DNA of 64,000 bases from Nitrospirota bacterium (GTDB taxonomy: Bacteria > Nitrospirota > UBA9217), in contig OY760142.1 in the NCBI GenBank assembly GCA_963663225.1, positions 800,001 through 864,000 of the forward strand. Direction: 5' to 3'. Shown here piece by piece: positions 50,043-59,600 of this stretch. Under the pieces are notes generated by a model that was not told the DNA's origin, did not search any database, and was given only the letters and a program-made list of their open reading frames with translations. Position numbers and translations under genes: made by a program. Each line of letters begins with the position of its first letter. Positions within the stretch are counted from its first letter, which is position 1.

Positions 50043-50834
50043 CTATTCCATGTCCAGATAAGAGTGGGCGTACATGGTTTTGCCCATGATCATCTCCACT
50101 GTTTTTGCGGTGTCCATCATATCCTTGTCAAGCGGATCAATGATGGCCGCCGTAAGTCCCGCTTCGATAAGCAGGGCGAAAAAATTGCGGTTGATGATGG
50201 GGCGCACCTGCTTCGGGGCACCGTTCGAGACATTGGAAAGACCCACCAGGCTTTTCATCGGAGGGTCGTTCAGGTCCTTGAACATGCGGACGGCGCGGAT
50301 CGCCTGCCAGGCCTGGTCCTGCATGGAGCATATCTGGAGGATGAGGGGATCCAGAAAAATGTTCTCGAGCGGCATGCCGTATTCCATGGCGCGCGCCATG
50401 ATCTCGGAGGCGATAACACACCGGTCTTCCGCGTCCGCGGGCAGTCCTCCCTTGCCGAGCGTGAGCGCGATGACGCTGGTGTTGTATTTCGCAGCCAGTT
50501 CCATCATCGGAAATTTTTCGGGTTCGTTTGATGTGGAGTTCACGATGGGGAGTCCCCACTGGTTGTTATGCGCCTTGATGCCGGCCTCCATGGCCTTCAC
50601 GTTCGTCGTATCGAGGCACAGAGGCTTTTGCACGACTTCCTGCACTACTTTCACGGACCAGTCCATGAGTTCCGGGCCGTTTTCCTCCGCGGGACCGATC
50701 GAGACGTCGATGTAATTGGCCCCCGCGTTTGCCTGGGCAACAGCAAGGTCCTGCAGCGGTCTGGCATCGCGGTTCGTCATCGCCTCGCGCACTTTTTTCG
50801 CCATGACGCTGATTTTTTCTCCAATTATGATCAT
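50043..50834 (-). CDS. acsE: methyl-THF:corrinoid Fe-S protein methyltransferase
   Basis: IIGEKI, LCLDT, VNST, LDPL, GLSNVSNG pterin-binding motifs. Confidence 0.93.
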   Translation of the reverse strand: MIIIGEKISVMAKKVREAMTNRDARPLQDLAVAQANAGANYIDVSIGPAEENGPELMDWSVKVVQEVVQKPLCLDTTNVKAMEAGIKAHNNQWGLPIVNSTSNEPEKFPMMELAAKYNTSVIALTLGKGGLPADAEDRCVIASEIMARAMEYGMPLENIFLDPLILQICSMQDQAWQAIRAVRMFKDLNDPPMKSLVGLSNVSNGAPKQVRPIINRNFFALLIEAGLTAAIIDPLDKDMMDTAKTVEMIMGKTMYAHSYLDME

Positions 50835-50878
50835 GCCGGAAATCTCCTTTTTTCTGAACGCACGCTTTGCGCGCGCCG

Positions 50879-51811
50879 TTAATCCGTCGTGTCTATCGCC
50901 TTCAGCAGCTTCTCTATTGTTTCCGGCGTCAGACTTCCCTTGTCTCTCGCCACATCGATGGTATGCTGCGCCAATGAGCAGTACAGATCAAGCAGCTCCG
51001 GCGCCCTCTTCCGCATGGCGTCCACGTGGTCGCGAACGGTTTCCACATCACCGCGGGCGATCGGGCCGGTAAGCGCCGCGGAAACTCCCACGGCCTCTAT
51101 GTTCGCGAGCGTTCCTTTGATAAGCGGGAGCACGGCCTTGAGGGCCTCCTGTTTCTCCGCTCCCAGCGTCTGATAGAACTTGAGACCATAGTCCACCAGC
51201 GCGACGAAGTAATTGGACACGGCCACCGCGCCCGCGTGGTACAGCGCTGTCGAACTTCTATCGGGGCTCCAGTTCGGCATGCTCAGTTCAATGCCGCCTA
51301 ATGCTTTCACGATAGCTGCCGCCGCGTCACGCGCTTCCGTATCCGCTTCGATCCTGAAATAGGACCCCGGAATATTCAGGATGCCGAGTTCCCTGCTCGG
51401 AATCGACTGGAGCGGATGAACTACCGCGCGAAACGCACCAACCAGCCGCGCAGACTGCAGCAGATCAAGAGAATGGGCGCCGGATGTGTGCACAACCAGC
51501 GAACCCGGCTTTAAACCGTTCTTCCGGGAAATAGCCGTACACAGGTCGTTGATCGCATCATCCGGAGCGGTCAGGAAAACCACCTCTGCCATCGACGCGG
51601 CCTGCACTGCGTCGGTCATCGGCGTTCCGGAGCCGATAAAACGGGAGGCCCGTTCCGCGGACGCCATTGTGCGCGCCGTGACCGCGGTCACGGCATACCC
51701 TTTCTGCTTGAGCAGAAATCCCACTGCGCTGCCGGTGCGGCCGGCGCCAATGATTGCAACGGTTTTTTTTACGGCGGGTGTGCTTCCGTCAGCAGCTTTG
51801 CGTTTCATCAT
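50879..51811 (-). CDS. Rossmann-like + DUF2520 protein (PanG-like ketopantoate reductase candidate)
   Basis: IIGAGRTG, HTSGA, HPLQS, YHAGAV..SN, LTGPIARGD. Confidence 0.8.
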   Translation of the reverse strand: MMKRKAADGSTPAVKKTVAIIGAGRTGSAVGFLLKQKGYAVTAVTARTMASAERASRFIGSGTPMTDAVQAASMAEVVFLTAPDDAINDLCTAISRKNGLKPGSLVVHTSGAHSLDLLQSARLVGAFRAVVHPLQSIPSRELGILNIPGSYFRIEADTEARDAAAAIVKALGGIELSMPNWSPDRSSTALYHAGAVAVSNYFVALVDYGLKFYQTLGAEKQEALKAVLPLIKGTLANIEAVGVSAALTGPIARGDVETVRDHVDAMRKRAPELLDLYCSLAQHTIDVARDKGSLTPETIEKLLKAIDTTD

Positions 51812-52578
51812 GGAACCAGCCTGTTCAGTATCGCAAAATAACTCATGAGCGCCGTTGAAGCGGAAGGGAGCTGAATGAGCGGTTTCCCCTGCAAATCATA
51901 CTCGAAAATCAGCGGGTCTTCCGGCACAAACCCTGCGAATTCCATTCCCTGCCGGTTGATCAGCTGCAGCAGCTTTTGTTTTTCCTCTTCGCCATCCGGC
52001 GCCCGATTGACAATCAGCACCGTCCGCTTTACGCGCAGTGCAAGCTCTTCGGTGAGTCCGTGAATGCGGCCGCCGGTCATGATCCCCCGGGCGGTGGGGT
52101 CGCTCACGACAATCAGCAGGTCCGTGTCCCGTGTCGTCCGCCGCGACAAGTGCTCCAGCCCGGCCTCGTTGTCCATCACTGTGTAGGAATACGAATCCGC
52201 AAGTCTGTCCGTGTACTTGCGGATAATATTGTTCGCGGCGCAATAGCAGCCCGGCCCTTCGGGCCTGCCCATCACAAGAAGATCGAAGCCCTGCGATTCG
52301 ACAAGCGCCTGCTGGATCTGATAATCAAAAAGCTGCTCCATGCTCATCCCGCCGGGGCGGGGAGCCGTTGACCTGACCGCCTGCAACGAATCTTCGCGGA
52401 GCGCTCCCACGGTGGCATGCACGGTCACCCCGAGCACTTCATGAAGATTCGCGTTCGCGTCCGCGTCGACGGCGAGCACCGGACCCTGTTTTTTTTCCGT
52501 CAAGTAACGGACGGTGAGACCGCAGAGGCTGGTTTTTCCCGTTCCGCCCTTGCCTGCAACCGCTATTGAAAAACCCAT
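51808..52578 (-). CDS. cooC: CooC/AcsF nickel-insertion ATPase
   Basis: GKGGTGKT, DADANANL, GPGCYC, DNEAGLEHLSR. Confidence 0.92.
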   Translation of the reverse strand: MGFSIAVAGKGGTGKTSLCGLTVRYLTEKKQGPVLAVDADANANLHEVLGVTVHATVGALREDSLQAVRSTAPRPGGMSMEQLFDYQIQQALVESQGFDLLVMGRPEGPGCYCAANNIIRKYTDRLADSYSYTVMDNEAGLEHLSRRTTRDTDLLIVVSDPTARGIMTGGRIHGLTEELALRVKRTVLIVNRAPDGEEEKQKLLQLINRQGMEFAGFVPEDPLIFEYDLQGKPLIQLPSASTALMSYFAILNRLVP

Positions 52579-52677
52579 TCCCGCCTCGGATCATTCCCGC
52601 CGCTGAGATTGCAAAAGCGTCCGGGGAAGAAGTGAACACATCAACACCGCACGCTCCACGCATGCACGCGGGAAAAC

Positions 52678-53406
52678 TTACCGCTTTACACCATATTTTT
52701 TCCGGACCTCGTCGATCTTGCCGCAGGTCATCGTTCCCTCCGGACAGGCGGCAGCGAGGCAGCCGGGGCCGGCTTTGGCAAAAATAGTCGGCGCAATCCC
52801 TTTTACGATTGCGAGCATGCGTTCGGACATGCCCCGTATTTCCCACTGGGCCCGGTTGCAGCACCGCACGCGGAAAAAATGCAGAAGCTCCCGCGCGTTC
52901 ATGGTGATGATGATTTTAGTCTCTGCCGCGTTCGGCAGAAGATACCTCGCGTCCTGCTGGCCGGACTCACCTTTGTATCCGAGTTCTTCAAGGCGTTTCA
53001 GGACCTTTGTGTAATTGCTCTGGGCCTCGGCCATGCATTTTTCGAACTCCCGTGTCAGGTCCGGGTCTTTCTTGATGCTCGGGGGGACGATATAATCAAA
53101 CTGGTCCGCTTTTACATACCGCTGGCTCTGCTGGGAGTATGATGCCACCCGGTGGCGCACCAGCTGGTGCGTGCAGGCCCGTGAGATCCCTTCGATGCCG
53201 AAGGTAAACGATATATGCTCCACCGGCGAAAGATGGCCGATGGACGCCAGCCGCTCCACAAACGTCGCCTGGTCCTTTGCTTCGATTTTTTCCTTCAGCT
53301 CTTCCACCCCGGCAGGACTGTAGCAGAGCTTTGCGGCCATGGCCACGACTTCCTCAGGTTCCGGCGTATGTCTCAGAAGAACTACGTGCAGTGCTGTTTC
53401 CGGCAT
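52678..53406 (-). CDS. thyX: flavin-dependent thymidylate synthase
   Basis: GHLSPVEH, HQLVRHRVASYSQQSQRY, ARYLLP, AQWEIR. Confidence 0.96.
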   Translation of the reverse strand: MPETALHVVLLRHTPEPEEVVAMAAKLCYSPAGVEELKEKIEAKDQATFVERLASIGHLSPVEHISFTFGIEGISRACTHQLVRHRVASYSQQSQRYVKADQFDYIVPPSIKKDPDLTREFEKCMAEAQSNYTKVLKRLEELGYKGESGQQDARYLLPNAAETKIIITMNARELLHFFRVRCCNRAQWEIRGMSERMLAIVKGIAPTIFAKAGPGCLAAACPEGTMTCGKIDEVRKKYGVKR

Positions 53407-53445
53407 CGATTTTCACCCGTTTCCCCGTTTTTTTCGTATTCCGCG

Positions 53446-53477
53446 CTATATATAACAGAATTTTTTTGATGAAGCAA
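53446..53477 (-). promoter_or_regulatory. possible internal promoter before thyX
   Basis: TTGCTT-17 bp-TATATA with TG extension in the AT-rich gap. Confidence 0.4.
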
Positions 53478-53480
53478 TTG

Positions 53481-54281
53481 CTATTTGAACGACTGCTCTT
53501 CAGACGGAAATTTTCCGCTTTCCACGTCCTGTTTGTATTCCTGCACCGCTTTCAGCGACTGGTCTTTCAGCCGGGCGTACTGCTTTACGAATTTCGGGGT
53601 GAACCGGTCGAACATTCCCAGAATATCGTGCAGTACAAGGACCTGTCCGTCGCAGTCCGGTCCGGCGCCGATGCCGATGGTCGGGATGTGCAGAGTTTCC
53701 GTTATTTCTTTCGCCAGAGAGGACGGCATCGCTTCCAGCACGACGGAGAATGCGCCCGCGTCCTGGACCGCCCGCGCATCAGCCAGTATCTTTTCCCGCG
53801 TCGCTTGGTCTTTGCCCTGGACCTTGAATCCCCCCAGGACATGGACGGCCTGCGGCGTAAGCCCAATATGAGCGACCACCGGAATGCCCGCATCCACGAT
53901 TGCCCGGATCGCGCCGGCCACCGCTGAACCGCCTTCAAGCTTCACGGCTTCCGCGCCTGCTTCTTTGAGAAACCTTCCGGCATTCCTGACCGCTTCTTCA
54001 ATGCCTGCCTGGTATGAAAGAAACGGCAGATCACCCACGACCATGGAGGACCGGGCCGCGCGCGACACCAGTTTTGTATGGTAGAGCATTTCCTCCATCG
54101 TGACCGGAAGGGTGCTCCCCAGCCCCTGCACCACCATGCCGAGGGAATCTCCCACAAGAATAACGTCGATACCGGCCTGGTCGACGATCTGGGCCGTCGG
54201 AAAATCGTACGCCGTGAGCATCGTGATTTTTTTCGCCTCGGCTTTTTTCTTATACAAATCGAGGACTGTGATCTTTGCCAT
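53481..54281 (-). CDS. panB: ketopantoate hydroxymethyltransferase
   Basis: MLTAYD, LVGDSLG, KLEGG, HIGLTPQ, IGIGAG..CDGQVLV. Confidence 0.97.
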   Translation of the reverse strand: MAKITVLDLYKKKAEAKKITMLTAYDFPTAQIVDQAGIDVILVGDSLGMVVQGLGSTLPVTMEEMLYHTKLVSRAARSSMVVGDLPFLSYQAGIEEAVRNAGRFLKEAGAEAVKLEGGSAVAGAIRAIVDAGIPVVAHIGLTPQAVHVLGGFKVQGKDQATREKILADARAVQDAGAFSVVLEAMPSSLAKEITETLHIPTIGIGAGPDCDGQVLVLHDILGMFDRFTPKFVKQYARLKDQSLKAVQEYKQDVESGKFPSEEQSFK

Positions 54282-54369
54282 GTTTTTCCTCCCTGACTGC
54301 AGTAAATGAGCTCGTTTCTATGCCTCCGGGTGACGGCAATATCTACCATAGTATAGCGTATTCGGGGCT

Positions 54370-55356
54370 TTATCGTCCGCCCGGCGCATGTTCCGGCCGT
54401 GGATACAGGCCCGCATCCTTGACAATCTTTTCAATGGCTGTCTCCCATTCAATGGCCTGAATATGGACGCCTCTGATGCCGGGGATTTCGAGCGCCTGAT
54501 GAATCAGTTCCACGGCAATCCTGATGCCTTCTTCTTCCTGCAACTGCTTTGCCTTCTGCTTGTCGCCGCCGGCTGCTTCCTTGACCCTGTTCATACGGTC
54601 CATCAATGATTGCGGGACCGTGACACCCGCCACGGACGTGTCCATGTACTTCAGCATCAAGGCGCTCTTCGGCACGATAATGCCGGCAAGAATGGCCGTC
54701 TGTTCATGGATGCCGAGGTTCCGCGCTTTTTCCATCTGCGATTTGAAAAGCTCCATGTCGTAAATGCCCTGGGTCTGAATGAAGTCTGCTCCCGCGTCGG
54801 CTTTTTTCTTCAGATTATAGGGCCGGAAGTCCATGGGATCTCCCAACGGCGTCCAGGTTGCGCCTATAAAAAATTTGGGCGGAGTCTCGATCGCATCACC
54901 GCCCTGCTGCAGACCTTCGTCGCGCATCTTTTTGAGGATACCGACGAGCTGGACGGTGTCCACGTCGTACACATTCTTCGCGCCCGGATGCCCCTTCATT
55001 TTTCCCGCGGCCCCGAATTTCTGATGGTCTCCGGCGATGCACAGACAGTTCTTGAGTCCGAGGGCCGCCGCGCCCAGAAGATCGGCCTGCATGGCAATGC
55101 GGTTTCTGTCGCGGCAGGTCATCTGCATGACCGGCTCAAGTCCTTCCCGATGGGCAAGGACGGCCGCGGCGATGCTCGACATGCGCACAACGGCTGTCTG
55201 ACAGTCGGTGATATTCGCGGCGTCGCAAAACCCCTTCAGGAGATGCGCCTTGCGGACGACCTCGTCCGGAGAAGCGCTCAGGGGAGGTCCAAGTTCTGCG
55301 GTCACCGCGGGTTTCCCGCTTTTGATGATCCGTTCGAGATTGCTGCCTGACTTCAT
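54370..55356 (-). CDS. metF: methylenetetrahydrofolate reductase, catalytic subunit
   Basis: ELGPP, NITDCQ, QMTCRDRNR, GD, FIQTQ. Confidence 0.93.
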   Translation of the reverse strand: MKSGSNLERIIKSGKPAVTAELGPPLSASPDEVVRKAHLLKGFCDAANITDCQTAVVRMSSIAAAVLAHREGLEPVMQMTCRDRNRIAMQADLLGAAALGLKNCLCIAGDHQKFGAAGKMKGHPGAKNVYDVDTVQLVGILKKMRDEGLQQGGDAIETPPKFFIGATWTPLGDPMDFRPYNLKKKADAGADFIQTQGIYDMELFKSQMEKARNLGIHEQTAILAGIIVPKSALMLKYMDTSVAGVTVPQSLMDRMNRVKEAAGGDKQKAKQLQEEEGIRIAVELIHQALEIPGIRGVHIQAIEWETAIEKIVKDAGLYPRPEHAPGGR

Positions 55357-56066
55357 TGTTTCCCGCTTTCCCCGTTTTTCATCACGGCTTGTTCCGTTGC
55401 TGCGGCAATGTGATCGAGCACGATCCTGCGGGGACCGCCGTGGCCGGCCGAGGACCAGTCTTTCGGAGGCTGAATCTCGATAAGTTTTTCGAGCTTCCCG
55501 AGTTTCTTCATGCGCTCCACGATCAGGTACCAGGCGCAGTCCGTTTCAGGCCCGACCTCGCATTTTCCCTTATGGGTCCCGCCGCAGGGGCCGTTCAGAA
55601 GCGACTTCGAGCAGCGCGCGACGGGACAGATGCCGCCGGTAAGATGCAGGACACAGTTGCCGCAGCCCCCGCACGCTTCCATGAAAACTCCGGTCTGGGG
55701 CACAGCACCATAAAATACCGTGTTCAGACCCGGATAGACCGGGACCGTGCCGAGCATATCGGACAACAGATTGACACCCGCGCCGCAGGCCAGGGACAGC
55801 ACCAGTTCATGCCCGTTCAGTTTCTCGGCATTGGGCAGTATAAACTCTTGTTCGCACTGCCGTTCGCACGCTCCATGCTCCACCGTCATTTCCCCGCCTT
55901 CCTGCACGGACTTCATGCGGATGAGCGAGGCAAGAATTTCTGCCTCTTTTGCGCCTCCCGCATGGCACACTGCGACACAGGTATTGCATCCGAAGACCAT
56001 GATTTTGCGGTACGGCTTTATCATTTCCCATATTTCTGCAATTGGTTTCTGCACACCGACTATCAT
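55353..56066 (-). CDS. metV: MTHFR Fe-S subunit MetV
   Basis: GCNTC, ACGAG, CGGCGNC..GGICPVARCSKSLLNGPCGG...C; overlaps the metF start. Confidence 0.9.
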   Translation of the reverse strand: MIVGVQKPIAEIWEMIKPYRKIMVFGCNTCVAVCHAGGAKEAEILASLIRMKSVQEGGEMTVEHGACERQCEQEFILPNAEKLNGHELVLSLACGAGVNLLSDMLGTVPVYPGLNTVFYGAVPQTGVFMEACGGCGNCVLHLTGGICPVARCSKSLLNGPCGGTHKGKCEVGPETDCAWYLIVERMKKLGKLEKLIEIQPPKDWSSAGHGGPRRIVLDHIAAATEQAVMKNGESGKQ

Positions 56067-56082
56067 TGTATTGCAGCCCTCT

Positions 56083-56562
56083 TCATTTCGTTTTTTTTTC
56101 TTTCGCAATCCGCAGGGGAGACGGTCCGAGCTTTTTGATCCGCTCCGTAAAGTCAGCGCAGATGGAGGCCCATCGGGGTCCCTGGGAGGCGGAAAGATTG
56201 TACATCTCCAGTCTGGCAGGATCGATGCCGATACCGGCCAGGAGTTTCTGAAGATGCTTCACCCGTTTTGCGGCGTTGATGTTTCCTTCAAGGAAATGGC
56301 ATTGTCCTTCAAGGCAGCCTGCCACAAAAACGCCGTCCACTCCCCGCTCGAATGCCCTCAGGATATAAACATGGTCCAGCTTCCCGGTGCAGGGCATGCG
56401 GATGATCTTGACAGCGGGTGGATACGTCAGCCGCATGACTCCCGCCAAATCGGCCGCCGCAAACGCGCAGTAGTGGCATGCAAAAGCAAGAACGTCCGGC
56501 TTGAAGTCCGCTCGAATTTCGCGCGGCTTCTCTATGGACGAAACCGCATCTGTTTGTGACAT
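56083..56562 (-). CDS. mvhD: MvhD/FlpD [2Fe-2S] subunit
   Basis: FACHYCAF, MPCTG, GCLEGQCHF. Confidence 0.92.
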   Translation of the reverse strand: MSQTDAVSSIEKPREIRADFKPDVLAFACHYCAFAAADLAGVMRLTYPPAVKIIRMPCTGKLDHVYILRAFERGVDGVFVAGCLEGQCHFLEGNINAAKRVKHLQKLLAGIGIDPARLEMYNLSASQGPRWASICADFTERIKKLGPSPLRIAKEKKTK

Positions 56563-56617
56563 GCTAAAATCTGCCGGCAAGAAATATCTTCCTTTTCCCT
56601 GTATGAAACAGCGTTCG

Positions 56618-59600
56618 TTACCCGTTCCCTTCGCATTCCACTGCTGCATCAACCATGGCAAGCATCTGTTCGTCCCTGAAGCCGTTCACCTGGAACGCTT
56701 TTGCCGGGCACACGCCCGCGCACAGACCACAGCCCTGGCACATGACTTCGTTGTGGCTGACTCTGCCTTCTTCGTCGATATACGGCGAGCCGAAAGGGCA
56801 GATCCTGAGGCAGCTCAGACAGGACATGCAGAGCTCACGCGTGTGTTTCGCGATAAGCCCTGAGACCGCAAGCGTTTCATGCGAGAGCACGGTACCCGCC
56901 CGGCCTGCCGCGGCAAGGGCCTGGCTGATGGTTTCATCGAAGTTCTTGGGAGCGTGCGCCAGCCCCGCCACAAAAAGTCCTTCACTCCCGAGATCAACCG
57001 GCCGCAGCTTCATATGCGATTCCAGAAAATATCCGTCTGCAGTGCGCGTAATCTTGTAGGTGCGTCCGGATTTTTCAGCGGACGGATGGGGCCGGAGCCC
57101 CGTTGACAGCACGAGCCAGCCGGCATCCATACTCACTTCCCTGTTCAGCACAGGATCCCTGACCGTAACGAGCAGTCCGTTCCCCGCCTTCTGTACTGCG
57201 GGTTTTTTGTCCGCTTCATATCGGACAAACAGCACGCCCATATCGCGTGCTTGTGCATAGTAATCCTCGCGCAGTCCGTATGCCCGCATTTCGCGGTACA
57301 GAACGACAACCTGGACCTTCGGGTTTCTTTCCTTGAGCTTTATCGCGTTCTTCAGCGCGTCCTGGCAGCAAACGCGCGAGCAGTACTGCGCGGGCTCTTC
57401 ACGCGAGCCGACACATTGAATCATCACATACCGCTGGCCTGATTCCGGCTGGAGACCGTCATGGATTCTCTTCTCCAGTTCCCGCTGGGTGATGACACGG
57501 CTGTTCTTTCCATAGCAGTATTCCGTTGGTTGATATTCAACGCCGCCGGTGGCGATCACGACGGTCCCATGCTGGAACGTCGAACCGTCCGTGAGCAGGG
57601 TCTTGAAGTTGCCCACAAAACCTTCGGTTTTCTTCACCTCGACGCCGGTGTGGACTGCAATGCGGGGGTGCGACATCACCCGGATTGTCTGCGACCGCAG
57701 GAAGCGTTGGACATCGCTTCCGTCCTGGGTGTAGTATAAACTTCGCGCGAGGCCTCCCAGTTCCTTTTCCTGTTCCACAAGGTGAACGCCGAATCCCTGA
57801 TCGGCGAGGGACAGCGCCGTTGTCATGCCCGCGATTCCGCCGCCCACGACAAGGCACGCGGGCACAACGTTCACGGTCTCGGTTTTGACCGGCTGCAGCA
57901 GCCTCACCTTGGCAACCATCATGTTCACGAGCCGGACCGCTTTTTCAGTCGCCTCTTCCTTCCGGTCCATGTGGCACCAGGAGCACTGCTCCCGGATGTC
58001 CGCAAGTTCGAACAGATACGCGTTCAAACCCGCTTCGCGGATTGTGTCCTGAAAAATCTGGGTGTGCGTGCGCGGCGTGCATGACGCGACCAGCACGCGG
58101 TTGATTTCCTTTTCACGGATCAGCTGTTTGATCTTCTCCTGGTTGTCCTGTGAACATGAATACAGAAGATTCTCCGCGTGAACAACGCCGGGAAGGTGCT
58201 CCACTTCCTGCACCACCTTTTTCACATCAACCGTACCCGCGATGTTGAAACCGCACGAGCAGACAAAGACCCCAAGCCGCGGTTCCTCGCCTGCAACATC
58301 CTTCTCGGGAGGGAGCTCTTTCTGAATAGTCTCGCTCCACCGCGATTCGCCCAGCAGGGCCATTGTCTGTCCCGCCACGGCACTGCCCTGCATCACCGTG
58401 TCGGGGATGTCCTTGGGCCCCTGATAGATACCGGTGACAAAAACACCGGGGCGGTTCGTATCAACCGGGGCGAACGTTGTTGTTTTGGGGAAGCGGTGAC
58501 TGTTCAGTTCAATTCCGCAAATTTCCGCGAGCGGCGCTGCGCTCTTTCCGGGCTCCAAACCGATTGAAAGAACGACCAGGTCGAATACTTCATCAACCAG
58601 CGAGCCGTCTTCCCTGACAAAGCGCAGCAGAAGATCACCGGTCTCTGCTTCCTCACGCACGGCTGACACCATGGATCGCACATACCGCACGCCGTATTCA
58701 TTCTTTGCCCGCTCCACATATCGGTCAAAATCCTTTCCATACGACCGCATGTCCATATAAAAAACCGAGGGCTCGATCCGCTGGTCGTGCTCTCTGGCAA
58801 TGACGGCCTGCTTCGTAGCGTACATGCAACAAACCGATGAGCACCACGGGTTCGCGTTGTGCGGGTCCCGTGAACCGACGCACTGCAGCCAGGCGATCCT
58901 GATCGGATGCTTTCCATCTCCCGGCCTCCTGATCTCGCCTTTGTACGGACCCGATGCGGAGAGGATGCGTTCGAACTGGAGGGACGTGACCACATTGGGC
59001 CATCGCCCGAAACCCAGTTCCCCGCGTACTGCGGGGTTATACGGTTCAAGCCCGGGGGCGAGAATGACCGCGCCGACATTCAGCGCGATCTCTTCCGCGG
59101 CAACCATCTCATGGTTGATTGCCTTTGCCTGGCACGCAGACACACACAGCATGCACTCGCTGCAACCGGCGCAGCTCAGGCAGCGGGAAGCCTCTGCGAC
59201 TGCGTCTTCCTCGCTGTATCCTCGCACGATCTCTTTAAAATTGCCTTCGCGTTCCGCAGCAGAAAGCATTGGCACGCGCCTGCGGCGGGCTTTCTTCAGG
59301 CCGGTCAAATCCTTGACCGCTTTCACCCGCTCCGCAATCTTTACCCGATTTACCGGAGGATTGGTTCCTCTCAGAAAATGGTCGATTGATTCCGCGGCCC
59401 GTGCTCCTGATGCAATCGCCTCGATTATGGTCGACGGACCTGAAACGGAATCTCCACCCGCAAACACCCCTTCTACATTGGTTCTGCACGTGGCGGGGTC
59501 GGTTTTGATTCTGCCGCCGGGCAGCACGTCGAGCGTCTCTATGCCCTTTTTAAAGGAAGCATCAACACTCAGTCCCACAGCAAAAATGGCGGTGTCTGCT

